Assembly (NCBI GenBank): GCA_963733035.1
Contig: CAVTBU010000008.1
Coordinates: 224,001-288,000, forward strand
Source: Pirellulales bacterium
GTDB lineage: Bacteria > Planctomycetota > Planctomycetia > Pirellulales > PALSA-1355
Length of the DNA: 64,000 nucleotides
Direction of reading: 5' to 3'
The first letter of the stretch is position 1. The number at the start of each line of letters is the position of its first letter. Both the position numbers and the translations under genes were made by a program. Of this stretch, positions 29,793-39,461 are shown piece after piece. The notes beneath the pieces were generated by a model. It saw only the letters and a program-made list of their open reading frames with translations. It did not search any database and was not told the origin of the DNA.

Positions 29793-30809
29793 ATGAAGTT
29801 ACGCGTTGGCCTCGTCGGCGTGGGCAATGCCTGGGAACTTAGACACCGGCCCGCTTTGCGCGCGCTGAGCGATCGTTTCGAAGTGCGAGCTGTTTGTGAA
29901 CCAGTCGCCCATCGGGCCGCTATCGCGGCTCGCGACTTCTCCTGCGATGCGGTCGATGGATTTCGAGCGCTGACTCAGCGCGAGGACATCGACGCCGTTA
30001 TGGTGCTTTCTGGGCAGTGGTTCGGCGCCTTACCCATCCTGGCCGCGTGCGATGCTGGCAAAGCCGTATATTGTGCCGCCGCTCTGGATTTCGACCCGGT
30101 TCAGGCTCGGCAAATTAAGGATCGCATTGAGTCCTCTGGGGTGGCCTTTATGGCTGAGTTTCCGCGGCGGCAAGCGCCGGCCACACTGCGGCTCAAGGAG
30201 CTAATTGCCACGCGATTGGGCAGCCCACGGCTACTGTTTTGCCATCAGCGGGTGCCAACCGAATCGCGGCAGGGGCATCGTGCCACCCCCACCGCTCCGG
30301 TTTCGCGGACGCATGATCTCGTCGAACTGGTCGATTGGTGTCGGTACGTTGCCGGTTGCGAACCTACGTCGGCGCTCGGTCTGACGCACGTGAGCCAAAC
30401 CGAGCCGCAGGAAATCGACTACGAGATGATGAGTCTCGATTTCTCAGATAGCAACCCGGGCACCAAAATCACGGCCCAGATCAGTTCCGGGCGCTATATG
30501 CCGGCCTGCTGGCCCGAGGCCGTATCATTTCGGCCGCCAGCCGCGCTGCAGGTCGCATGCGAGGAGGGCATTGCCTTCATCGACCTGCCGTCAACATTGA
30601 TCTGGTTCGACCACGCTGGCCGGCACATGGAAGCCCTGGAAAGCGAGCGATCCGTCGGCGAACAGATGCTCTCGCAGTTTCACCGCAGCGTTACCAGCTT
30701 GGTCCGTAGCACGAGCGGGCTGGAAGATGCGTATCGGGCCATGCTCATCGTGCAACAAGCCCATCGCAGCGCGGCAGAAGGTCGCCGCATCGCATTGCCG
30801 TTTGCTTGA
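29793..30809 (+). CDS. Degenerate Gfo/Idh/MocA-fold protein (EKP motif absent)
   Basis: MKLRVGLVGVG, REDIDAV, AGKAVYC, C-terminal GLEDAYRAM...SAAEGRRI; EKP replaced by AAA. Confidence 0.82.
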   Translation: MKLRVGLVGVGNAWELRHRPALRALSDRFEVRAVCEPVAHRAAIAARDFSCDAVDGFRALTQREDIDAVMVLSGQWFGALPILAACDAGKAVYCAAALDFDPVQARQIKDRIESSGVAFMAEFPRRQAPATLRLKELIATRLGSPRLLFCHQRVPTESRQGHRATPTAPVSRTHDLVELVDWCRYVAGCEPTSALGLTHVSQTEPQEIDYEMMSLDFSDSNPGTKITAQISSGRYMPACWPEAVSFRPPAALQVACEEGIAFIDLPSTLIWFDHAGRHMEALESERSVGEQMLSQFHRSVTSLVRSTSGLEDAYRAMLIVQQAHRSAAEGRRIALPFA

Positions 30810-30879
30810 ACGCGATGGCCAGAATTTGACGCCCACCAAGCCCATGACGGCGTTCATCCGAGCGGGATTGGACCTGGCG

Positions 30880-31983
30880 TCAATCCAACTCTTCGAGCCA
30901 CAGGCGAATTTCGTTTTCGTATTCGCTGGCCAGATCGCCCTTGATGAGTTGGCGATGGAACGCCGCAGCCCCCTCCTTGAGCAAGTCCGCGGCCTCGGCG
31001 CTGGGGAAGCGGCGCATCGGGTCAGGGGCGACGAGCGTGCGGCAAAAATTCATCAACAATTCGTTGCACACGACCTCCTGCGGCAACAACTGCGGCAGAC
31101 GTTGCGCGAGCAGCCGCTTCGCTTCGAGCAGCTCCCTTAGCGTCGTCATACCGGCAAACGGCGGACAACCGGCCAACATTTCGATCAGCACGTAACCCAA
31201 GCTGGCCAGGTCGCTTCGCGGTGAGCAATCGGCCCCTTCCAACACCTCCGGAGCGGCATATGCCGGCGTGCAGGTTCGCTGAATTGGAGCATTGGTCAAC
31301 TCAAATGCTGAACCAATATCAACGATCTTGGCGTTCCCAGTCCGCTTGAGCATGATGTTCGAAGGTTTCACGTCGCCATGTACGATCTCCTCGCGATGTA
31401 GTGCGGCGAGCGCCGCCAGACACTCGCGGACGATCGAGATTGCAATCCCCGGCTTGAGTCGCGGCTGCACGGGGCCAAGCGTCACGATGACATTGTTCAA
31501 ATATTCCCAACGCCGGTTGCTTACCCGCTCGTGCGTGCGGTCAAGCATCTTGCGGGTCAACAACTGGCAGAGGTCGTAGCCGTCGATCCATTCCATCTCC
31601 ATGATGCGAATGCGATTGCGGTCGACGAAGTTCTGCACGTCGAGCAGATTATCCTGTTGAATCTGCGCCACGAGGGCGGCAATCGAAGCAATCCGCTGCA
31701 TCGCTTCATCGTAGCTGCGGGCGTCTTCATAGCGGGCCGGCGAAAAGATTTTCAGCGCCACTGGCAACGTGAAGTTGTCGGTGCCGCGCCGCTCGCTCAG
31801 ATAGACCACGCCCTGTCCACCCGCCCCCAATCGCCGCGTCAGATGCAAGTGTTCGGTCCAGCTCATCCGCTGGCCGCCAACGACCTCGTCGTAGCGTTGC
31901 AATAGTTCGTCCGGACAGCGGGATGCCGGCTGCCCCTCAAAATCAAGGGTAGGCGTCCCCTGGTGATACGTCGTCGTCAACAT
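30880..31983 (-). CDS. Soluble non-RD Ser/Thr protein kinase
   Basis: GAGGQGVVY, ALK, HGDVKPSN, DIGS, YAAPE, SDLASLG. Confidence 0.9.
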   Translation of the reverse strand: MLTTTYHQGTPTLDFEGQPASRCPDELLQRYDEVVGGQRMSWTEHLHLTRRLGAGGQGVVYLSERRGTDNFTLPVALKIFSPARYEDARSYDEAMQRIASIAALVAQIQQDNLLDVQNFVDRNRIRIMEMEWIDGYDLCQLLTRKMLDRTHERVSNRRWEYLNNVIVTLGPVQPRLKPGIAISIVRECLAALAALHREEIVHGDVKPSNIMLKRTGNAKIVDIGSAFELTNAPIQRTCTPAYAAPEVLEGADCSPRSDLASLGYVLIEMLAGCPPFAGMTTLRELLEAKRLLAQRLPQLLPQEVVCNELLMNFCRTLVAPDPMRRFPSAEAADLLKEGAAAFHRQLIKGDLASEYENEIRLWLEELD

Positions 31984-32190
31984 GGCGTGAAGGCTCGTGA
32001 CGAAAGGGAAGGATGGCGAAAACCTGGTCTGGCTACGAGCATATCATAGGCCAGCCATCGATCGTGCGTCCAGACTGGACTACGTCAATCGTCCCACTCC
32101 GCGGCCCTGAAATCGCGCAAGAACAATGAACGATAAGCCTGGCACCTTCGACGCTGGCGCCGTTGCGTCGTCCATCTCCGTTCAAACAAG

Positions 32191-33162
32191 CTACTTGGCC
32201 GCGGGCGCACGGACCGGAAAGCCGAGTTGCTTGTCGACAAGATTGCGCAACGGTCGGCCGGCCAGATAGCGCGTAAGATTATCGCAGAAGAAATCCGTCA
32301 TCTGGTCGATACGCAACCGACTTTGTCCGGCAACGTGGGGTGTGATGATCACGTTCGGCAGATCCCACAATTTACTAGTCGGGGGCAACGGCTCTTGCTC
32401 GGTTACGTCAAGCGCCGCCCCCGCCAGGTGTCCGCTTTCGAGCGCATCGATCAGGTCGCGCTCCACTACCAATGGTCCGCGGGCCACATTCACCAGCAGC
32501 GCCCCTTTCTTCATCGTTGCCAGTTCCTTCGCGCCGATCATCCCGCGGGTCGTTGGTGTGAGCGGAGCCGAGAGTATCAAGATATCGACCTCGGCCAAAA
32601 GCTCGATCAGACGCTCCGCCGGCCAGAGAGCCTCAACGTAGTCGGGCTTATCGATCGGGAATACATCGGTTGCCAGAATTCGAGTTTTAAAGGGGCTGAG
32701 CACTTCCGCAATCCGCCGCCCGACGCCGCCAAAACCAACAATCCCCAACGTGCTGTGGTGCAAATCGCCGGTCGGCCGTCGCACGAACTCTTTGGCTTGT
32801 TGGGCCCGAAAAAAGACCGGCAATTTGCGGGTCAGGGCGGTAACGAGGGCCGTGGCGTGCTCAGAAACCTGATCCGCCAGCACGCCGGACGCGCTCGTGA
32901 CGATAATTTCGGATTCAATCACCGACGGCACGAGACAATGATCGAGTCCCGCTGCCGACGATTGAATCCATTTCAATCGCCCTCCTTGGACCACGGCAGG
33001 CCAATCCATGGGAACCTTCGCGTGGCCGCAAAAAATGTCGGCCCGCAGAATCTCGCTAGCAATGTGTTGCTGGCCAGCATCGACCACCTCGGCCATTCCG
33101 GCCACGCTTGCGATTTGATGGTAGTGCCGCCGTTCAACTGGATAGCAAAGAACAATACGCAT
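32191..33162 (-). CDS. D-2-hydroxyacid dehydrogenase
   Basis: AGLDH, GFGGVG, PLTPTT, NVARG, LDV..EPLP, TPHVAG. Confidence 0.92.
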   Translation of the reverse strand: MRIVLCYPVERRHYHQIASVAGMAEVVDAGQQHIASEILRADIFCGHAKVPMDWPAVVQGGRLKWIQSSAAGLDHCLVPSVIESEIIVTSASGVLADQVSEHATALVTALTRKLPVFFRAQQAKEFVRRPTGDLHHSTLGIVGFGGVGRRIAEVLSPFKTRILATDVFPIDKPDYVEALWPAERLIELLAEVDILILSAPLTPTTRGMIGAKELATMKKGALLVNVARGPLVVERDLIDALESGHLAGAALDVTEQEPLPPTSKLWDLPNVIITPHVAGQSRLRIDQMTDFFCDNLTRYLAGRPLRNLVDKQLGFPVRAPAAK

Positions 33163-33503
33163 CGGAAACCGCAAAGCTGATAACCATGGAGTGGAATCGC
33201 GTCAATCGTACCGTCCGCCACGCCCGGGGAAAACTTCAACTGATCGGCCGCGGACGAGCATCTCTCGAACTGGTCGGATCAATCCATCGTAGTTACACCC
33301 AGCAATTGCCCGGTCGATTTGCCCCTCAAACTCGCAAAATCCTCTCGGCTGGCGGCTGGATTAAACAGGGTGTCACGAGGTACAATGTGATCTGTGGGCC
33401 TGCTGCAGACGCTCCCCGCCTCGGCGTCTTCGTGCGTTTCGATGCCGCACGAATCGGCCAACCGACGATGTTACCGCCCACCGCCCCAAGGAGAATTCCC
33501 CTC

Positions 33504-34451
33504 GTGTCTTATCGCTACGGCATTAGCACCGCCACGGTCATTATGCTGGTCGTGTTGCGGATCAACATTGGATGGCATTTCTTCAACGAGGGAGTCAAGC
33601 ACTATACGGATCCCGCCTGGTCGTCCGAAGGCACGCTACGCAGCGCTACCGGACCGTTGGCGTCCTTTTATCAATCGTATTTGCCCGACTACCATGGCAT
33701 GGACGCATGGCTACATGAGGAGCGGCCTGACAAGGAAGCTGATGCGGCCAAAAGCTGGGTCCAGCAGGTCGAAAGCGACCTCGAACGGCGGCGCGAAGCC
33801 TTCGCACGGCACTACGGGCTCGACAAAAAGCAGCAAGACGAATCGGTGAAGGTCACGCGTGAATTCCAGGCCCTGGTCCGTTCGTGGGGAAATGCCCGGC
33901 GGGAAGAATTGGCCAACCACGTCCATCAATGGCGCCGCGCCCGCGGCGTTGAAAAGTTGCCCGATGCGGAGGACGTGCCGTTTCGCAAACAACGCCTGGC
34001 CACCAACCACGCGGCCCTCAAGGCCGAAGCCACGGGTTGGCGGACCGAACTTTTGGCCCTGGAATTGGACCACGAAACAACGCTTGGCGAGCTGTTGACC
34101 GCGCAACAGCGCGACATGGGACCGTTGCCTCGCGCGCGCACTTCGATCGATCAGGTCGATGACATGATGACTTATGTTATCATGGGAGTAGGCGGTCTAT
34201 TATTACTCGGGCTATTCACACGCACGGCCTGCCTGGCCGGCGCGGCGTTCCTGATGTCCGTGGTTTCTATGCAGCCGTTTTGGGTTTCCGAGGCCCTTCC
34301 AACCTACAATCAACTGGTCGAAATGTTTGCCCTGCTGGCCCTGGCCACCACGCATGTGGGACGCTGGGGCGGCCTCGACTTCTTTGTCCATTATTTCATC
34401 TTTGGGCGCACGGCCGCGACGAAAGGCAATAGCGATGTATCTCAGTCCTGA
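33504..34451 (+). CDS. DoxX/DoxD-family membrane protein with large helical insertion
   Basis: LRINIGWHFFNEG, GGLLLLGLFTR, GRWGGLD; AAGGAG before GTG. Confidence 0.82.
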   Translation: MSYRYGISTATVIMLVVLRINIGWHFFNEGVKHYTDPAWSSEGTLRSATGPLASFYQSYLPDYHGMDAWLHEERPDKEADAAKSWVQQVESDLERRREAFARHYGLDKKQQDESVKVTREFQALVRSWGNARREELANHVHQWRRARGVEKLPDAEDVPFRKQRLATNHAALKAEATGWRTELLALELDHETTLGELLTAQQRDMGPLPRARTSIDQVDDMMTYVIMGVGGLLLLGLFTRTACLAGAAFLMSVVSMQPFWVSEALPTYNQLVEMFALLALATTHVGRWGGLDFFVHYFIFGRTAATKGNSDVSQS

Positions 34452-36150
34452 AGAAAAAGCCGTCGGCAAGGACAATTTTTACAACGTGCTCGGCGTTACC
34501 CGCCGCGACTTCCTCAAGGCGGGTATCGCCGCCGGGGCCGTCTCAGGCGCAGGCCTGGGTGCGATGTATTTCGGCTACGGCTCGTCAGTCAGCAATCCCC
34601 TGCGTGTCGGCGTGATCGGCACGGGCGACGAAGGCAACGTGCTGATGGGCGCCATTACGCCCAGCTACATCCAGGTTGTCGCTATCGCCGACATTCGGCC
34701 CTACAACGTCCATCGCGCCTTTCACGGCGATCATTCGAGCGACAACGCGCTGCGAGTTCGCTGCGGGCTGATGAGCAAATATGACTGGAAGACCGAAGAC
34801 GAAGCCCGCAAACACGTGAAGGTCTACGACAAGGACTATCACGATCTGTTGGCCGACAACGACGTGGAAGCCGTAATTATCGCATTGCCGCTCCACCTGC
34901 ATGCCCCGGTCGCCATCGAAGCGATGAAAGCCGGCAAGCACGTGCTGACCGAAAAGCTGATGGGCCACAGCGTTCACGAATGCAAGGAGATGGCCCGCAC
35001 GTCCAAAGAGCTCAACAAGATTCTGGCCACCGGTCACCAGCGCCACTACAGCGTGCTGTACGACAACGCCGTCGACACGATCCGCCGCGGCATGATTGGC
35101 GACATTCACATGATCCGCGCTCAATGGCACCGCGGCAATTTGCCCGGTCGCGATAGCTGGTCGATGCCGCTGCCGAACGAGGAGATGGCCAAACGCATTG
35201 CACGTCTGAAGAAGGACATCGAAACGGCGCAAGGTGTGACAATCGACTCAAAGCTCAAGTCGCTGGAAAAGGAGCTATCGAACGCCCGCGAAAACCTGAT
35301 TGACAAGCTGCAGGGACAAGTTGCCCAGTTGGAAATGCAGTACATGGACGGCAACGTCAAGGCCGAGGACTACGGCTACGAGGAAATCACCCTGGCCAAC
35401 GGACATCGCCGCAGCGCGTTGGAGGAACTCATTCGTTGGCGGCTCTGGAATCGCACGGGCGGCGGCCTAATGGCCGAACTGGGCAGCCATCAGCTCGACG
35501 CGGCCGGCATCTTCATCAGTGGTCTGCGCGACGACGGCAAGAAGGCCCTGCCACTGAACGTGGCGGCCGCGGGCATGCGTTCGCTATTCCCGCTCGACCG
35601 CGATTGCGAAGATCACGTCTACTGCGTCTACGAGTTCCCCGGCCCCGAATACGAAAGCAACCCGGACAAAAAGATCGGCGTGATGTACTCGTCGATCAAC
35701 GGCAATGGTTTCGGCGGCTACGGCGAAACCGTGCTGGGCACCGACGGCACTTTGATCCTCGAACGCGAGGCCGACGTGATGCTGTTCAGCAATCGGGCCT
35801 CGACCACCACCAGCCTCACCGTCTCGAAGGGCTCTGCTGGCGGCCCCACGCTCGACACCACGCAAAGCGGCGGCGGCGAGGCATCCGTTGCCACGCAGGC
35901 TATCGGAGGTCCGGTCAGCCGCGGCTACACCGAGGAACTCGAACACTGGGCCTGGTGCATCCGCAATCCCGATCCCGAAAATCAGCCGCGCTGCAAGCCC
36001 TCGGTGGCGCTGGGCGATGCGGTGATCGCGCTGGTCACCAACATTGCCATGCGCGACAACCGCCGTATCGATTTCAAACCGGAATGGTTCGAGATCGATA
36101 GCGACGAAACCCCGGAAGGCGTCAAACCCGACCTTGGCCGCTACGCGTAG
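34435..36150 (+). CDS. Tat-exported Gfo/Idh/MocA oxidoreductase
   Basis: TRRDFLK twin-arginine motif, GTGDEG, TEKLM, GHQRHY, WRLW..TGGGLMAELGSHQLD. Confidence 0.9.
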   Translation: MYLSPEEKAVGKDNFYNVLGVTRRDFLKAGIAAGAVSGAGLGAMYFGYGSSVSNPLRVGVIGTGDEGNVLMGAITPSYIQVVAIADIRPYNVHRAFHGDHSSDNALRVRCGLMSKYDWKTEDEARKHVKVYDKDYHDLLADNDVEAVIIALPLHLHAPVAIEAMKAGKHVLTEKLMGHSVHECKEMARTSKELNKILATGHQRHYSVLYDNAVDTIRRGMIGDIHMIRAQWHRGNLPGRDSWSMPLPNEEMAKRIARLKKDIETAQGVTIDSKLKSLEKELSNARENLIDKLQGQVAQLEMQYMDGNVKAEDYGYEEITLANGHRRSALEELIRWRLWNRTGGGLMAELGSHQLDAAGIFISGLRDDGKKALPLNVAAAGMRSLFPLDRDCEDHVYCVYEFPGPEYESNPDKKIGVMYSSINGNGFGGYGETVLGTDGTLILEREADVMLFSNRASTTTSLTVSKGSAGGPTLDTTQSGGGEASVATQAIGGPVSRGYTEELEHWAWCIRNPDPENQPRCKPSVALGDAVIALVTNIAMRDNRRIDFKPEWFEIDSDETPEGVKPDLGRYA

Positions 36151-36355
36151 CAGTCGGGGGTCGAATCTGTCTCCGCCGTCTGCCCAAGAAGCGGCTTTCC
36201 TTGCCAGCGATGCCGTATTGTTGCGCTTATCGTGGTCGACGTACGGTCACGCCCTCGCTCTTCGCACGCGGCGGGTTGAACTCGCGGCAATTCCCGCACT
36301 ATGATGTCCGGCTGTTCGCCGCACCGCCGACTTCATCTCACGAGGAGCACCTGCC

Positions 36356-37198
36356 GTGGAAAAATGGCCCCTGGGCGTATTTGCCAGCATCGACGCTGGA
36401 TTGGGCGTGAAGCTCGAAGTGGCCCATGATCTGGGCGTTCCCACGATTCAATTGCATGCCCCCGCGAAATCCACCCGCACGGCCGGTAACGCAAAGCGAT
36501 TTCTCGATCGGCTCTCGGATTTCGACATTCGTATTACGGCCGTGTTCGGCGGCTTCGAGGGAGAAAGCTATGCCGACATCCCGACAGTCACACGCACCGT
36601 CGGGCTTGTGCCGCCCGAAACCCGTGCCGACCGAACCAAGGAGATGAAGGAAATTGCCGACTTCGCCCGGTTGCTCGGCGTCGACGTCGTCGCGCTTCAT
36701 CTCGGCTTCGTGCCGCACGAGCCTAGCGATCCGCTCTACGGCGAAGTACTGTCCGTCACGCGTGAGTTGTGCGACCACTGCCAGAGCCAGAACCAAAACG
36801 TGCATTTGGAGACGGGCCAGGAATCTGCCGATTCGCTGCTGCAATTCATCACCGGCACGCAGCGCGACAATCTGTTCATCAATTTTGATCCTGCCAACAT
36901 GATCCTGTACGGTTCCGGCGAGCCGATCGAAGCCCTGGAAAAAGTCGGCCGCTACGTCCATAGCGTCCACTGCAAGGATGGGAAGTGGGCAGCCAATCCG
37001 GGTAACGAATGGGGCCAAGAAGTTCCCCTCGGCGAAGGCGACGTCGACATGGAACGCTATCTGCGCACTCTGGACAAGATCGGTTATCACGGCCCGCTCA
37101 CCATCGAACGCGAAATTCCGCAGGAGCCCGAACGTCAAAAGGCCGAGATTGGCCGAGCGCTGGCACTGCTCACCGAACTAAAGCAAAAGATCGGTTGA
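36356..37198 (+). CDS. Sugar phosphate isomerase/epimerase (xylose isomerase-like TIM barrel)
   Basis: LETGQE, NFDPAN, VHCKD, LGEGDVD, TIERE. Confidence 0.9.
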   Translation: MEKWPLGVFASIDAGLGVKLEVAHDLGVPTIQLHAPAKSTRTAGNAKRFLDRLSDFDIRITAVFGGFEGESYADIPTVTRTVGLVPPETRADRTKEMKEIADFARLLGVDVVALHLGFVPHEPSDPLYGEVLSVTRELCDHCQSQNQNVHLETGQESADSLLQFITGTQRDNLFINFDPANMILYGSGEPIEALEKVGRYVHSVHCKDGKWAANPGNEWGQEVPLGEGDVDMERYLRTLDKIGYHGPLTIEREIPQEPERQKAEIGRALALLTELKQKIG

Positions 37199-37277
37199 GC
37201 AGATTAACTGAACCATCGGCGGAGCCCGCGTGTCTGGGTGCGTTGGCGGGGGCGATTGTCGTTCGGAGGAGCTTCCG

Positions 37278-37775
37278 GTGAGCGATTTGAGTGACTTACG
37301 CATTGTGTCGGCCGCCGAGGCGGACGTGCCAACCATTCTGCGGCTGATCCGCGCCCTGGCCGACTACGAGCGGATGTCCAGCGCCGTGACAGCCACCGCG
37401 CAAGACCTGCGAGAACGTCTCTTCGGCGCGAACCCCGTGGCCGAAGTCGCCATCGGCTATGTTGGCGACGAACCCGCCGGCATCGCCGTATTCTTTCATT
37501 CGTTCTCTACATTTCTTGGCAGATCGGGCATCTACCTGGAAGATATCTTCGTCGAAGAACAGCACCGCGGCCGCGGGTTGGGCAAGGGCCTGATGCAATA
37601 CGTCGCGCAACTTGCCGTCGAACGAGGCTGTGCGCGATTGGAGTGGGCCGTGCTCAACTGGAACGCACCGGCAATCGGCTTCTATCAGAGCCTCGAAGCC
37701 AAGCCTCAGGATGAATGGACCGTGTATCGACTCACCGGTAAGCCGCTTGCGAGATTAGCGGCTCAACGCACATGA
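37278..37775 (+). CDS. GNAT acetyltransferase (SSAT-like)
   Basis: LADYE, FSTFLGR.GIYLEDIFV, RGRGLG, VLNWNAPAIGFY. Confidence 0.9.
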   Translation: MSDLSDLRIVSAAEADVPTILRLIRALADYERMSSAVTATAQDLRERLFGANPVAEVAIGYVGDEPAGIAVFFHSFSTFLGRSGIYLEDIFVEEQHRGRGLGKGLMQYVAQLAVERGCARLEWAVLNWNAPAIGFYQSLEAKPQDEWTVYRLTGKPLARLAAQRT

Positions 37776-39058
37776 CCAAGCGAGACAGCAACGCTGCCCT
37801 GGCATTCATTTTCGTAACTGTGTTGATCGACACGATCGGGTTCGGCATCGTGATGCCGGTAATTCCAAGCCTGATCATGGAATTAACGCACGTCGACGTC
37901 AGTCGGGCGTCGCTCTATGGCGGCTGGCTGGCGTTCGCCTATGCGAGCATGCAGTTCATCTTTGGCCCGATCATCGGCAATCTCAGCGACCGTTTCGGCC
38001 GTCGTCCGGTGCTCCTCCTATCGCTATTGGCGTTCGGCGTCGACTACTTTTTAATGGGTCTGGCACCGACGATCGGTTGGTTGTTCGTTGGCCGGGCGAT
38101 AGCCGGCATCGCAGGCGCCGCTCATACAACCGCCAACGCGTACATCGCCGACGTTAGTCCGCCCGAAAAGCGTGCGCAGAACTTCGGCCTGATGGGAGCG
38201 GCATTCGGCCTGGGATTCATCTTTGGACCGGCACTTGGCGGATTGCTCGGTGACTATGGGGCCCGGGCACCGTTCTTCGCGGCTGCGGCGCTGGCGCTGT
38301 TGAACATGGCCTATGGCCTCTTCGTCCTGCCCGAAAGTTTGCCACGCGAATCGCGCCGCCCGTTTCATTGGCGACGAGCCAACACGTTGGGCACGGTCCT
38401 GCAACTCCGCCAATACCCCTCGATTAGTTTGCTCGCGACGGTCCTCTTTCTTTGGATGCTCGGCCACCAGGTGCTACCCGCCACCTGGGCCTTCTACACC
38501 CAGCAGAAGTTCGAATGGTCGCCGACCGAGATCGGTTTTTCCCTGGCGTTTGCCGGCGTGCTGATGGCCACCGTGCAGGCCGGTATGACACGCGTGCTCG
38601 TGCCGCGCCTCGGCGAACGAACGGCCGTGCTGATCGGGATGACGGCCGCCGGGCTCGGCTACCTGGGCTATGCCGCTGCCTGGCAGGGCTGGGTCATGTA
38701 TCCGTGCATGGTGGTCGGAATGCTGGCCGGGCTGACATTCCCGTCGCTCAACGCACTTATGTCGCATCGGATTCCCAAGTCGTCGCAGGGAGAACTGCAA
38801 GGCGCGGTCGCGAGCCTATTCAGTCTAACCGCCATTCTTGGGCCGGTAATGATGACGCAGCTCTTCGGCTACTTCACCAGCGAGGCAGCCCCGTTCTACT
38901 TTCCTGGCGCGGCATTTGTCTTTGCAACCGGCCTGGTGCTAGTTGCCTTGATTCTGTTCGCTCGCGCCTCATCGCCGCTCGGCAAATGGCTGCCCGAAAG
39001 CGAGCCGGCCGAAACTCTCGCAAATACGCCGACTGCGCCACTCGCGTCCGAACTTTAA
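37772..39058 (+). CDS. TCR/TetA-like MFS efflux transporter
   Basis: [12 protein letters not shown], motif [32 protein letters not shown]; about 12 TM helices. Confidence 0.9.
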   Translation: MTKRDSNAALAFIFVTVLIDTIGFGIVMPVIPSLIMELTHVDVSRASLYGGWLAFAYASMQFIFGPIIGNLSDRFGRRPVLLLSLLAFGVDYFLMGLAPTIGWLFVGRAIAGIAGAAHTTANAYIADVSPPEKRAQNFGLMGAAFGLGFIFGPALGGLLGDYGARAPFFAAAALALLNMAYGLFVLPESLPRESRRPFHWRRANTLGTVLQLRQYPSISLLATVLFLWMLGHQVLPATWAFYTQQKFEWSPTEIGFSLAFAGVLMATVQAGMTRVLVPRLGERTAVLIGMTAAGLGYLGYAAAWQGWVMYPCMVVGMLAGLTFPSLNALMSHRIPKSSQGELQGAVASLFSLTAILGPVMMTQLFGYFTSEAAPFYFPGAAFVFATGLVLVALILFARASSPLGKWLPESEPAETLANTPTAPLASEL

Positions 39059-39087
39059 CTCCAGCGAGGCTTGCACGTTGAACGGGC

Positions 39088-39387
39088 TCACTGCCTGCTC
39101 GCCGACTCGCCTCGCGGCACGCGTGGACGCAATAGCCACAACACAATTAACACGGGAATCGCCAAAATCAGCAACTTTGGCCGCAGAATAACCAGGAACA
39201 GCATCACGCCGCCGGTAACAGCCAGCCACCGTGGAACATTTTTCACTTGCGGGTAGGCAAACCACCAAACTGACATCATCAGACCAACTCGCAGGCACCC
39301 TCCCGAGATTGCTTCATCGACCTGGTTGCGCATGACGATGCCGGCGATCAGCAACATCACGGCGAACAGTCCGATGGCGGCGCGCAT
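39088..39387 (-). CDS. Small hypothetical integral membrane protein
   Basis: Short ORF with 3-4 hydrophobic segments and a basic C-terminus, co-directional with the upstream cluster. Confidence 0.6.
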   Translation of the reverse strand: MRAAIGLFAVMLLIAGIVMRNQVDEAISGGCLRVGLMMSVWWFAYPQVKNVPRWLAVTGGVMLFLVILRPKLLILAIPVLIVLWLLRPRVPRGESASRQ

Positions 39388-39461
39388 GCTTTCGATTATC
39401 ACGACTCGAGTAGCGGCTGCCCAGGGCAATGCGGTGAAGCCGGCCACCAGCATTCCAAAGC

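Noticed and set aside
32140..32155. Sigma54-like TGGCAC-N7-GC element
   Set aside because: Lacks TT before GC and points into the 3' end of an oppositely oriented gene.
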